From: Candidatus Krumholzibacteriota bacterium
GTDB taxonomy: Bacteria; Krumholzibacteriota; Krumholzibacteriia; JAJRXK01
DNA length: 64,000 bases
Direction of reading: 5' to 3'
Assembly (NCBI GenBank): GCA_963764625.1
Contig: CAVXTH010000006.1
Span: 64,001-128,000 of the forward strand
In this document: positions 35,942 to 45,491 of the stretch, piece after piece
Layout: each line of letters opens with the position of its first letter
Position numbering within the stretch: position 1 is the stretch's first letter
Notes under the pieces: model-generated
Told to the model about the DNA's origin: nothing
Databases searched by the model: none
Seen by the model: only the letters and a program-made list of their open reading frames with translations
Program-made: the position numbers and the translations under genes

Positions 35942-38923
35942 GTGGTGGCACCGATGAAGCACAACTGTGGCACGCAACGCGAGACGCGCTCATGGCTCGA
36001 GCGTAGATTCGCCATTTCGTCCCAGCAAGGATTCTCGCTCGTAGAGCTGGCCGTCACCATGGTAGCGTTTGCCGTGATCATGGTCGTGGCATTCGGCGTC
36101 ATGGGACAGCTCAACCGGGCGGGCATGGGAAACGAGCTCTTCGCTCGCACGCAGGCAGCGGCCCGCGCGGCCAGTGACCAGGTCGAAAAGGACCTTCGCG
36201 CCGCCGGTGTGGACGTCGATTTCAGCCGTGGACAGGAGCGCTTCGTCTATGCGGATGCGTATCAGATCGCGTTCAACGCCGATCTGAGCCCGACGGTCGA
36301 TCCCGATGGCACCGCCGCACCGTCCGCGGTTCACGCGGGCACCGTTCCGGCGCAGCTCGCGGCTCTCTTCACTCCGACCACCACCTACCAGACGGGGGCC
36401 GAGACGATCGTCTACACGCTCGATTCGAATGGTGATGGCACGATCGACGGGGCAGATGAAACAGATGATGCCGAGGAAGATACGCCGAACCCGCACGACA
36501 TGATGCTGTACCGGAGAATGTTCGGTTGGGACGGCACCGCCAACACCATGGAAGAGCGCCAGGTCGCGATCGTGCGCGGTCCAGACGCCAACTCCGATGG
36601 AGAGGTTCCCCAGCCGTTGTTCGCCTACCTCATCGACGACGACGACAACCAGATCACTCCCCCCGTGCTCCATGGCGACACCGATGGCGACGGGGTCCTC
36701 AGCAACGCTGAGATCATGGCGCTCACGCCACTCACGCAAGCCGAGCGCGCGCGTCTGGAGCGCGTGGTCTTGACGGTCACCGGAGAGACGGATCGCGCCG
36801 ATGCGAAAACGCATTCAAACGACGGCTATAATCGCGTCGTGCTCAAGAGCGAGGTCCTGGTGCGGCATGCGCCCCGGACCAGCGGCGTGGTTTACGGAAT
36901 CGTCTTCCAGGATACCGACGGCAATCAGGTGCAGGACCAAGGCGAGGGCGGAATCAGTGGCGTGACGGTACGCTCCAGCTCGGGCACCATCACCCGGACC
37001 GACGCCAATGGAAACTATCGTCTCGTTCTGAACCCCGGCTATCAGACGGTCACGGAGATCGATCCGTCCGGGTACGTGTCCAGCACCACGAACACCTACG
37101 ATCTGGACGTCATTCCTGGGGCGTATTCGCAGCTGAACTTCGGCGACCGCTCCCCGACGGGTTCCGCTTCCGTCCAGGGCACCGTCTTCAGTGACCTGAA
37201 CCAGAACTCCGTGATGGACACGGATGAGACCGGAATCGCGGGCGTCACCGTCTACTCCGACGGCGGCGAACAGGCGGTCACCGACGCGAACGGCGCGTAT
37301 ACGCTGACGGTCCCGGTGGGCAACCGGACCATCACCGAAACCGACTTAAGCGGCTACACCTCGACGACTCCGAATGGCGTCGACATCGTACTCTCCACCG
37401 ACGGACAGGTGGAGGTCGTGAACTACGGCGACTTCCTGCTGCAGGACTCCGGCACGATCGAGGGGTACGTCTACAACGACGACAACCACAATCAGGCGCG
37501 CGACGGCTTCGAGGCGGGAGTCAGCGGCGCCATGATCTATGCTGCCGGTGACAGCGTACAGAGCGACGGGACCGGGTACTTCTCCCTGACCGTCCCCTCC
37601 GGCCACTACGACGTGAGCGAAGTCGATCCTCCCGGGTACACCTCCACGACGCCGAACCTTATTCGCAACCTGCGGGTGGATCCCAACGCCACGATCCAGG
37701 TGAGCTTCGGAGACATCGTGCAGGAGAACGTCGACTTCGACATCATCACCCTGGCGGACACCGAGCGAGCGCTGTCGCTCACCAGCGGGGACGTCCAGGA
37801 GGACAACAAGGGTGACGCCGACCTGGTGCTGGGAACGCGCTCCAGCAGCGGCACGAACAACCTCATCCTGTGGACGAACGAGCGCCGCAATGCCAATACG
37901 CCCAATGGGGCCATCTTCAGCTCGACCCCCAGCGCCACCCGGAACGCGGGGTCGGACGTGATGGCGATGCGCTTGTTCGAGGACGGCGGGAGCCCCTACC
38001 TCGTCCTGGGGCTGAACGGAGCGGGATCTCCCGATATCAGCGTCTGGAGCTTCAACCGTGGCACGCCCGGAAACTCACCCGATAACTGGTACGCCACCAA
38101 CGGCGGCGAATCGGTCCTCGACCTGCAAACTCTCGACTTCTACGGAAGCAGCTCCATCGATCTGGTGGTTGGCGTGAGGAACGCCACGATGTCCGGCTCG
38201 GCGGAACTGTGGAGCGGTCTGGGTGGCGGCCAATTCTCGCGTATCCCGGGCGGAATCATCACCGTGGGCGCCTCTCCTCTAGGTCTGGTGCTCGGAGAGG
38301 CCCAGGCGGCGGTTCTCGCGGATGTCAACGGTGACGGTCGCGATGATTTGATTGTGGGCGCGCGTCAGACGACCAGCATGAGCACGGTAAACGTCTATTT
38401 GCGCTATCCGGATGTCAGTGGAATTCACTTCGAGCCCTACCAGGCCTTTCCGGTGAACGGACTCATCACCGACCTCATCGTCGGCGACATGGTCGACGAC
38501 GACCAGGGTCGGCCGGACATCGTGGTGGCGGCCGAGATCACCCAGACGAACGGTGGCATCGAACTGTGGACGCAGCACGACGACGGTTACTTCGGTATGC
38601 CGACGGGCACCGCCCGTAGCTTCGATGACTTCATGTTCACCGATGGTGCTCCGATCGTGATGGAAATGCTCAAGCTCGACAACGACGTCTTCCCGGATCT
38701 CTTGATCGGTACGAGGACCTCCAATACCTACCAGGGCTACGTCCTGATGGCGTTGGGCTTCGGCTACTTGCCCGCGGAAGCGACCCGGATCACCGACAAC
38801 TTGATCGGCGCGGTGGTGACCATGACGACCAACGACTTCAACAAAGACAACGCGATGGATCTGGCGGTGGGAACGCAGAACGCGGCCACGCAGGGCCAAG
38901 TCGTGATCTTTTATCGCCAGTAG
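35942..38923 (+). CDS. giant PilW-like pilin fused to three SdrD-B-like domains and FG-GAP-like repeats
   Basis: QG|FSLVELA, DLRAAG; three G.V(F/Y).D...N...D..E.G(I/V).G repeats; DVNGDGRDDLIVG, DFNKDNAMDLAVG. Confidence 0.85.
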   Translation: MVAPMKHNCGTQRETRSWLERRFAISSQQGFSLVELAVTMVAFAVIMVVAFGVMGQLNRAGMGNELFARTQAAARAASDQVEKDLRAAGVDVDFSRGQERFVYADAYQIAFNADLSPTVDPDGTAAPSAVHAGTVPAQLAALFTPTTTYQTGAETIVYTLDSNGDGTIDGADETDDAEEDTPNPHDMMLYRRMFGWDGTANTMEERQVAIVRGPDANSDGEVPQPLFAYLIDDDDNQITPPVLHGDTDGDGVLSNAEIMALTPLTQAERARLERVVLTVTGETDRADAKTHSNDGYNRVVLKSEVLVRHAPRTSGVVYGIVFQDTDGNQVQDQGEGGISGVTVRSSSGTITRTDANGNYRLVLNPGYQTVTEIDPSGYVSSTTNTYDLDVIPGAYSQLNFGDRSPTGSASVQGTVFSDLNQNSVMDTDETGIAGVTVYSDGGEQAVTDANGAYTLTVPVGNRTITETDLSGYTSTTPNGVDIVLSTDGQVEVVNYGDFLLQDSGTIEGYVYNDDNHNQARDGFEAGVSGAMIYAAGDSVQSDGTGYFSLTVPSGHYDVSEVDPPGYTSTTPNLIRNLRVDPNATIQVSFGDIVQENVDFDIITLADTERALSLTSGDVQEDNKGDADLVLGTRSSSGTNNLILWTNERRNANTPNGAIFSSTPSATRNAGSDVMAMRLFEDGGSPYLVLGLNGAGSPDISVWSFNRGTPGNSPDNWYATNGGESVLDLQTLDFYGSSSIDLVVGVRNATMSGSAELWSGLGGGQFSRIPGGIITVGASPLGLVLGEAQAAVLADVNGDGRDDLIVGARQTTSMSTVNVYLRYPDVSGIHFEPYQAFPVNGLITDLIVGDMVDDDQGRPDIVVAAEITQTNGGIELWTQHDDGYFGMPTGTARSFDDFMFTDGAPIVMEMLKLDNDVFPDLLIGTRTSNTYQGYVLMALGFGYLPAEATRITDNLIGAVVTMTTNDFNKDNAMDLAVGTQNAATQGQVVIFYRQ

Positions 38924-38933
38924 GGAGAGTCCA

Positions 38934-40244
38934 ATGGACATCAAGCGGAAGCTAATCTCCTCCGTCACCCGTTCGTCGAGTACTTCTTTGTGGCGCATTC
39001 TGCGCAACGAAGAGGGAATGGCGCTTGCCATCACCATCATCCTGCTCCTGAGTCTGGCGGCGATGGCACTGACCGCGACACTGGTGAGCAGCACCGACCT
39101 TTTGGTGGCGGGCAACCAGCGCACGAATTCCGCAGCGCTGGATGTCGCCGAGGCGGGCGTGGCGGAAGCTCTCAATCGCATGAGCCTCAATCCGGGAAGC
39201 ACGGTTCCGGTGGGTGCCGCCATGGTAGACGCTTCCATCCAGGACCCCACGTTTCCCCCGAATCCCAACTGGAAGGCGCACATCTTCCTGACGCCGATGG
39301 GCTCTTCGCCGGCGGTTCCGGCGGGTGAGTTCAGCACCGGGACGGTGCAACAAGCCGGAGACTATCTGAAGTACTCCGACCCCAGCGATCCCAACGAAGC
39401 GGTTCTGATCGAGCACAAGCTGCGCGACTTCAATGGCGATGGAAACGACGAAGTGGTGCTCTACGATCCAGGCCAGGTACCGCCAGAAAATCCCAACACG
39501 GGATCGCCGGTGGAAGTCATAACCGTGACGGGACACAAGGGAACCGCCAAGCGCTCGGTGCAGGTGGAGGCCATCCGCTTTCCCATTCACCCCAACGTCA
39601 CCGCCGCATTGAGCGCCAACGGATCGGTGGATCTGCGCGGTAACGTGACGGTATGCGGTCACAACCATCGCCTTGATACGCCTCGAGGCACCCAGCTTCC
39701 CTCGTGTTCGCCGAATTGGGACGAGACGACGGGGCACTTGCCCGCCGTCATGACCACCGGCTATGCGGTGGGGACGCGCGGTTCGACCGACCTCTTGGGA
39801 AGTCCCGCGGTCACCGATACCTCTTCCACGAACCACTTCTACAGCCTCTCGGAGGCGCTCGGCCTCACGCAGTCCGAGCTCAACGACATCCTCGCCAGTC
39901 CCGATCAGACCAGCGACAACGAGGCGGGTCCCTACGAGGGGATCACCTACATCCAGGGTGACGCCCAGTTCAATGGTACCGATGGCGAGGGACTGCTCTA
40001 CGTGACGGGTGACCTGACCCTGAGCGGAAACTTCAGCTGGGTGGGCTTGGTCTACGTGGAGGGAACCCTGCGCAATACCGGCAACACCTGGATCCTGGGC
40101 GGGGTGATGGCCGAAGGCGATCTACACGTCGCGGTGGACTTCGGAGCGGGAACGCCGGCCATTCTCTACAGTCAACAAGCTCTGACGCAGGCTCTGACCC
40201 GCTCCATGCGCTACGTGACCTTGGGGTGGAAGGAGCTGGACTGA
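38934..40244 (+). CDS. large PilX-like minor pilin with C-terminal beta-helix-like repeats
   Basis: EG|MALAI lacking Glu5; ALDVAEAG; GLLYVTGDL/GLVYVEG repeats. Confidence 0.82.
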   Translation: MDIKRKLISSVTRSSSTSLWRILRNEEGMALAITIILLLSLAAMALTATLVSSTDLLVAGNQRTNSAALDVAEAGVAEALNRMSLNPGSTVPVGAAMVDASIQDPTFPPNPNWKAHIFLTPMGSSPAVPAGEFSTGTVQQAGDYLKYSDPSDPNEAVLIEHKLRDFNGDGNDEVVLYDPGQVPPENPNTGSPVEVITVTGHKGTAKRSVQVEAIRFPIHPNVTAALSANGSVDLRGNVTVCGHNHRLDTPRGTQLPSCSPNWDETTGHLPAVMTTGYAVGTRGSTDLLGSPAVTDTSSTNHFYSLSEALGLTQSELNDILASPDQTSDNEAGPYEGITYIQGDAQFNGTDGEGLLYVTGDLTLSGNFSWVGLVYVEGTLRNTGNTWILGGVMAEGDLHVAVDFGAGTPAILYSQQALTQALTRSMRYVTLGWKELD

Positions 40245-40762
40245 TGCTGACGAGCCGACAATTCACACACCGGAACGCGAGCGCGCCTCGCGGCTTTACT
40301 CTCGTTGAGTTGATGGTCGCCATGGTAGTGATGGGGATCGCACTGACCTTCACCATCCCCACGCTCGCTCGCAGCGCCCAGATGCACAAGCTGCGGAGTG
40401 CGGCTTCGGAAGTCCAGACCGCGTTCGCCAGAGCGCGCTCCACCGCCGTCACCCATAAAGCCACTGTACGCCTGGACTTCTTCGGAGGAGGGAGTCAGTT
40501 ATACATCGTGCGCGAGGACAAGGACAACGACGGCGTGTACGACAGCTGGACCGGGGGAGGGCATATTCCCAACGGAGTGCAGATCACCAACCTCGATTTC
40601 GGCGGCAACAACTTCGTGAGCTTTGCTCCCAGCGGGACCCCGTCGGTCGGAGGATCGATCATCCTGGGCGCCGCGAGCCAGCAGCGCGAGATTCGGCTCG
40701 CCCCCGGCAGCGGGGCGGCGACCATTTCCGAGCCCGCGGGGACCCAAACCGCCATGAACTGA
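40244..40762 (+). CDS. FimT/GspH-like minor pilin
   Basis: RG|FTLVELM; ARARSTAV; F.PSG. Confidence 0.88.
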   Translation: MLTSRQFTHRNASAPRGFTLVELMVAMVVMGIALTFTIPTLARSAQMHKLRSAASEVQTAFARARSTAVTHKATVRLDFFGGGSQLYIVREDKDNDGVYDSWTGGGHIPNGVQITNLDFGGNNFVSFAPSGTPSVGGSIILGAASQQREIRLAPGSGAATISEPAGTQTAMN

Positions 40763-40852
40763 CTCCGGCGGGATGGGAACGCTATCCCCGGGGCCTCACA
40801 GTACTTGTAATTTACAACTATTTCAGGCTCGAAGAACCTAGGACGCGGGGAC

Positions 40853-41347
40853 TCAGCCCCGCGATTCGGGCTCCTGCGCCGCGTTCTTGCGCGTGCTCCG
40901 CTGGCGGTCCACCCAGCGTTGGGTCGCTTGTGCGAGCTGGCGGAGCCCCTCGACCGCATCCTCGCGCCGTTCGCCGGGGAGCAGGGCCAGGATTTCTCGG
41001 CAGGAGGCGCGGATCCGGCTTTCGAGTTCTTGAAACTGTTCCTCCCCGGCGGGCGTGAGCTGGACCTCGACGCGTCGGCGGTCCTGCTTGGCTGGCTGCC
41101 GAACCGCTAAGTTCTTTTTTTCCAAGCCGTCCACCACGCGGGTCAAGGTGCTCTGCGTCAGCCGTAACTCTTCGGCCAGGACCTTCATGCCCGCCGAGCC
41201 GAGCTCCCACAGGGTTTGCATCAGGTTCCATTGGCTCAGGCTGAGACCGGCCTCGGCGCAGAAGAAACGATCCCGCGCTGTCCCGCCCTGCGCAAGGATC
41301 CGTCCCTCGTGAAGAAGGCGACCGCTGAGTCGAAAACTCGAAATCAT
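40853..41347 (-). CDS. MarR family transcriptional regulator
   Basis: LAEELRLTQSTLTRVVDGLEKK, DRR.V.V.LT..G; GGAG RBS. Confidence 0.92.
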   Translation of the reverse strand: MISSFRLSGRLLHEGRILAQGGTARDRFFCAEAGLSLSQWNLMQTLWELGSAGMKVLAEELRLTQSTLTRVVDGLEKKNLAVRQPAKQDRRRVEVQLTPAGEEQFQELESRIRASCREILALLPGERREDAVEGLRQLAQATQRWVDRQRSTRKNAAQEPESRG

Positions 41348-41364
41348 GATTTCTCCAACTCTTT

Positions 41365-41389
41365 CGTAGATACAACTATTGTATCTACG
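41365..41389. promoter_or_regulatory. palindromic operator upstream of marR
   Basis: CGTAGATACAA-cta-TTGTATCTACG perfect 11-bp inverted repeat, AT-rich. Confidence 0.7.
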
Positions 41390-41445
41390 TAACTGGTAAG
41401 TTCAAGGAATTATTTCCTCTGGAGCGCTTTCTCACTGGAGGTATC

Positions 41446-41473
41446 TTGACAGCGGAATCCGAAGCGGTACACT
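41446..41473 (+). promoter_or_regulatory. sigma70-type promoter of tRNA-Thr
   Basis: TTGACA-N16-TACACT. Confidence 0.65.
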
Positions 41474-41535
41474 TCACCTCGGCGACACCATGATGCAGAA
41501 ATGGCATCGGGCTTCCGTCTTCCAAGTCGCATCGA

Positions 41536-41611
41536 GCTGGTGTAGCTCAGCTGGTAGAGCAGCTCACTCGTAATGAGCAGGTCTGCGGTTCGATTCCGCA
41601 CACCAGCTCCA
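41536..41611 (+). tRNA. tRNA-Thr(CGT)
   Basis: Cloverleaf, GCTCA-CT-CGT-AA-TGAGC, GTTCGA, CCA. Confidence 0.96.
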
Positions 41612-41672
41612 CTCGTGATTCGAGAGTCCCTGCATGCCTCGCGGGGAGTGATGCGGTCGCGGAATGTCGTCT

Positions 41673-41709
41673 GAAGGGGCCCTGCAGCCTGGGCCCCTTC
41701 TTCTTTTTT
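41673..41709 (+). terminator. rho-independent terminator after tRNA-Thr
   Basis: GAAGGGGCCC-N8-GGGCCCCTTC followed by TTCTTTTTT. Confidence 0.8.
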
Positions 41710-41733
41710 GCGCGGGGAAAGGAGCACGCGGAC

Positions 41734-43077
41734 GTGGCCTTGAAGATCAGCATCTCTGGAATTCGCGGAGTGGTGGGTGAGGATCTCAACGCCGAGGTCG
41801 TGGCGCAGTTCGCGGCGGCCATGGGGAACATGCTTCCCCCGGGTGAGGTCGTCATCGCGCGCGACTCGCGGCCTTCGGGTCCGGCGCTCAGTCGCGCCGC
41901 GGCCGCGGCCTTGCTCTCGACCGGACACGGGGTGGTCGACGCGGGAATCCTGAGCACGCCGGGCACGGAATTCATGGTGCAGGAGAGCGACGCGGTCGGC
42001 GGCATCATCGTCACCGCGAGTCACAACCCGGTGCAGTGGAACGCGCTGAAACTCCTCGACGCCAAGGGACTCTTTTTCCCCCAAGAGGCCATGGATGAAT
42101 TGCTCCGGCGCTTCGCCAAGCCGCGACAGCACGTGGATGCGCTCTCCCAAGGACAGTATCGAAAAGACACGCAGGCCAACGATCGCCACCTCGAAGCGAT
42201 CTGCGGCCTCGCGATGGTGGACGTCGAGAAAATCGCAAAGGCCAAGTTGAAGGTGGTGGTGGATTGCACCGAGGGCGCGGGAGGGTCGATCATGCCCTCG
42301 CTCCTGCGCCGACTGGGTGTCGAAGCCGTCGAACTCAACTGCGCGATGAGTGGTCACTTTCCCCACGACCCCGAACCCCGCCCCGAACACCTGGAAGAAC
42401 TGTGCGCGCGGGTCGCGGACGAGCACGCCGATCTCGGCTTCGCGGTCGATCCGGACGTCGATCGTCTCGCGCTGGTCGATCGCGGGGGCCAGGCGGTGAG
42501 CGAGGAGCGCACCCTGGTCGTGGCCGCCGACCACGTTCTTTCCCGCCAGCCGGGTCCTCTGGTCGTGAATCTCAGCTCCACCATGGCCCTGGACGCGGTG
42601 GCGCAGCGCCATGGGGTCCCCATCCACCGAACCGCGGTGGGGGAGGCCAATGTGGTCCGAAGGATGCTCCAAATCTCGGCTGTCGTCGGAGGAGAGGGGA
42701 ATGGGGGGGTCATTCTCCCCGCGCTTCACCCGGGACGCGATGCCCCCCTGGGGGCCGCCCTGGTGCTCTCCGCGGTGGCCGAAGCGGGGTCTCTGCGGGC
42801 CTGTCTGGACCGCTATCCCGAGACGGCCATGGTCAAGGCCAAGCTGGCCCTGCGCCCCGAAATCGACGATCCAAAACGGTGGGAGGCGTCCCTGAAGGCA
42901 CTCGGAGGGGGGGGACAGATGGACTCCACCGATGGACTCAAGTACTCTCTTAGGAGCTCCTGGGTCCATCTCCGCCGTTCCAACACGGAAAACGCGCTTC
43001 GCATCATCGCGGAGGCGGAAACGATGGCTTTGGCCTCCGAGCTGGTGGAGAGCGTGCGCCGGTCTCTGGATCGCTGA
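41734..43077 (+). CDS. glmM: phosphoglucosamine mutase
   Basis: SISGIRG, TASHNP, DPDVDR, GGEGNGG, RRSNTE; upstream of glmS. Confidence 0.88.
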   Translation: MALKISISGIRGVVGEDLNAEVVAQFAAAMGNMLPPGEVVIARDSRPSGPALSRAAAAALLSTGHGVVDAGILSTPGTEFMVQESDAVGGIIVTASHNPVQWNALKLLDAKGLFFPQEAMDELLRRFAKPRQHVDALSQGQYRKDTQANDRHLEAICGLAMVDVEKIAKAKLKVVVDCTEGAGGSIMPSLLRRLGVEAVELNCAMSGHFPHDPEPRPEHLEELCARVADEHADLGFAVDPDVDRLALVDRGGQAVSEERTLVVAADHVLSRQPGPLVVNLSSTMALDAVAQRHGVPIHRTAVGEANVVRRMLQISAVVGGEGNGGVILPALHPGRDAPLGAALVLSAVAEAGSLRACLDRYPETAMVKAKLALRPEIDDPKRWEASLKALGGGGQMDSTDGLKYSLRSSWVHLRRSNTENALRIIAEAETMALASELVESVRRSLDR

Positions 43078-43117
43078 TCCAAGCGCGCACCGGCCCGAGC
43101 CGAGAGGGGAATCTTTC

Positions 43118-44944
43118 ATGTGTGGCATCATCGCCATGGTGGGACACAAGCCCACTGCCAACATTCTCATCGAAGGTCTCAAGCGCCTGGAATATCGCGG
43201 CTATGACAGCGCGGGCATCGCGGTCCGCAACGGAAAAGGCCTGCAGCTTCGCAAGTGCGCCGGGAAGATCAATCGCCTCGAGGCTCTGCTCGCGAAGGAT
43301 CCGATCGACGGCGAGAGCGGCATCGCGCATACCCGATGGGCCACGCACGGTCATCCGACCCAAGAGAACGCCCATCCACACTTCAGCTGCGATCGCAAAG
43401 TCGTTCTCGTGCACAACGGCATCATCGAGAACTACCAGGCTCTGAAGTCGAAGCTCGAGAAAGTCGGCCACACCTTCGATACCGAGACCGACACCGAAGT
43501 TCTCGCGCATCTGATCGAGTACCACTACAAGGGTACTCTTGAGACGGCGGTGCAGGAGGCTCTCAAGCTGGTGCGAGGAACCTACGGAATCGCAGTGATG
43601 CATCAGGACGAGCCGGGCAAAGTCGTGGGCGCGCGCAACGGCAGTCCTCTGGTGGTGGGTTTGGGCGACGACGAGTACTTCGTCGCCAGCGACGTGGCGG
43701 CCATTCTGGCGCGGACGCGTCAGGTGATCTACCTGGACGACGGCGAGATGGTGGTCATCACCGCGTCGGGTTACCACACCATGGACATCGACAACAAGAA
43801 AGTAGACAAGGACATCCACGAGGTGACCTGGGATCTGGATCAGATCGAGAAAGGCGGCTATCCGCACTTCATGATCAAGGAGATCCACGAGCAAGCCCAG
43901 ACCATCGCCGACACCTTCCGCGGCCGTCTGCTCCCCGAAACCGGCGACGTGAAGCTGGGTGGGCTCGCCGACTTCGAGTCGCAATTGCGCCAGTGCAAGC
44001 GCATCCTGATTCTGGCGTGCGGCACTTCCTGGCACGCCGGTCTGGTGGGCGAGTACATGATCGAAGAGTACGCCCACGTTCCGGTGGAAGTGGAGTACGC
44101 CAGCGAGTTCAGATACCGGCAGCAACTGTTGGACAAGAACACCATCGTCTTCGCGATCTCGCAATCGGGCGAGACCGTCGACACTCTGCAGGCCATGCGC
44201 GAGGCGAAGAAGCGCGATGCCCTGGTCCTGGGGATCACGAACGTGGTGGGTTCCACCATCGCGCGCGAGAGCGATGGTGGGGTGTACATCCACGCCGGTC
44301 CGGAAATCGGAGTCGCGTCGACCAAGGCCTTCACCAGCCAAGTGACGGCCATGCTGCTTCTCACTCTCTATCTGGGCCGCATGCGCGACATCTCCGAGGA
44401 GATGGGGGTCAAGATCATCACCGGTCTCCAGGACATTCCCCGGCAGGTCGAGCGGATCCTGGCCCAGGAAGACCTCATCCGGGACATCGCGCAGGCCTAT
44501 GCGCAGCACAGCAACTTCCTCTATCTGGGACGGGGCTACAACTTCCCCATCGCACTGGAAGGCGCGCTGAAGCTCAAGGAGATTTCCTACATTCACGCCG
44601 AAGGATATCCTGCCGCTGAAATGAAGCACGGCCCCATCGCGCTCATCGACAAGAACATGCCGGTGGTCGTGCTCTGCACGCAGGACGGAACCTACGAGAA
44701 GATCAAGGGCAACGTGCAGGAGGTGAAAGCGCGCAGCGGTCGGGTCTTGGCCATCGTCAGCGAAGACGACTCGGACATCTGCAACATGGCGGACCACTGC
44801 CTACGGGTGCCCACGACTCTCGATCTTCTCTCGCCGCTCTTGAACGTGATTCCCCTGCAGCTCTTGGCCTATCACATCGCAGTATTGCGCGGCTGCAACG
44901 TCGATCAACCCCGGAACCTCGCCAAGAGCGTGACGGTGGAGTAG
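43118..44944 (+). CDS. glmS: glutamine--fructose-6-phosphate aminotransferase
   Basis: MCGII, LEYRGYDSAG, HTRWATHG, PRNLAKSVTVE. Confidence 0.99.
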   Translation: MCGIIAMVGHKPTANILIEGLKRLEYRGYDSAGIAVRNGKGLQLRKCAGKINRLEALLAKDPIDGESGIAHTRWATHGHPTQENAHPHFSCDRKVVLVHNGIIENYQALKSKLEKVGHTFDTETDTEVLAHLIEYHYKGTLETAVQEALKLVRGTYGIAVMHQDEPGKVVGARNGSPLVVGLGDDEYFVASDVAAILARTRQVIYLDDGEMVVITASGYHTMDIDNKKVDKDIHEVTWDLDQIEKGGYPHFMIKEIHEQAQTIADTFRGRLLPETGDVKLGGLADFESQLRQCKRILILACGTSWHAGLVGEYMIEEYAHVPVEVEYASEFRYRQQLLDKNTIVFAISQSGETVDTLQAMREAKKRDALVLGITNVVGSTIARESDGGVYIHAGPEIGVASTKAFTSQVTAMLLLTLYLGRMRDISEEMGVKIITGLQDIPRQVERILAQEDLIRDIAQAYAQHSNFLYLGRGYNFPIALEGALKLKEISYIHAEGYPAAEMKHGPIALIDKNMPVVVLCTQDGTYEKIKGNVQEVKARSGRVLAIVSEDDSDICNMADHCLRVPTTLDLLSPLLNVIPLQLLAYHIAVLRGCNVDQPRNLAKSVTVE

Positions 44945-44955
44945 GAGGAGACGCA

Positions 44956-45345
44956 ATGAGCGCGGATCGGCGAATCATCCAGAGCAAGAAAGCGCCTGCT
45001 CCGGTCGGTCCTTACAGTCAAGCCGTCGTGGCCGGCGAGTTCCTCTTTTCGGCCGGACAGATCGGAGTCGACCCCGCCACCGGAATGATGGCCGGACTCG
45101 ACGTGGCGAGTCAGACCCGGCAGGTGCTTCAGAACCTTCAGGCCGTGCTCGCCGCTGCCGGAGCCTCGCTTCAGCAAGTCGTGAAGACGACGATCTACCT
45201 GCAGGACATGGATGACTTCACGGTCGTGAACGAGATCTACGCAGAGGCTTTCTCCGAAGTGCTTCCCGCGCGAAGCACGGTGGAAGTATCCCGCTTGCCC
45301 CTTTCCGCCCGAGTCGAGATGGACGTCGTCGCTCTTTTGCGCTAG
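44956..45345 (+). CDS. ridA: RidA family reactive intermediate deaminase
   Basis: GPYSQA, GQIG.DP, PARSTVEV..LP. Confidence 0.93.
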   Translation: MSADRRIIQSKKAPAPVGPYSQAVVAGEFLFSAGQIGVDPATGMMAGLDVASQTRQVLQNLQAVLAAAGASLQQVVKTTIYLQDMDDFTVVNEIYAEAFSEVLPARSTVEVSRLPLSARVEMDVVALLR

Positions 45346-45368
45346 AAAGATCACGCACGATCTCGCGG

Positions 45369-45464
45369 GGGGATGGATGGGTCCTGGTGGACCCCGGGGA
45401 CTTCAAATCCTGCGGTCGGGCGCCAAGCGTCCGAGGTGGGTTCGATTCCCACACATTCCCGCCA
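45369..45464 (+). tRNA. selC: tRNA-Sec(TCA)
   Basis: CT-TCA-AA loop, 6-bp D stem with 4-nt loop (GGGTCC-TGGT-GGACCC), long variable arm, extended acceptor stem, GCCA end. Confidence 0.92.
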
Positions 45465-45491
45465 CTCCTCCCTTCACCGCGCGTTGAATCG

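Noticed and set aside
35939-35944. PilV TAG immediately followed in frame by the PilW ORF (possible read-through fusion)
   Set aside because: PilW has its own prepilin signal and start codons; no evidence of recoding
43078-43117. glmS ribozyme
   Set aside because: Intergenic gap is only 40 bp and lacks the core motifs
45387-45491. N-terminal extension of the lipid kinase ORF
   Set aside because: Overlaps tRNA-Sec; the real start is probably ATG 45492
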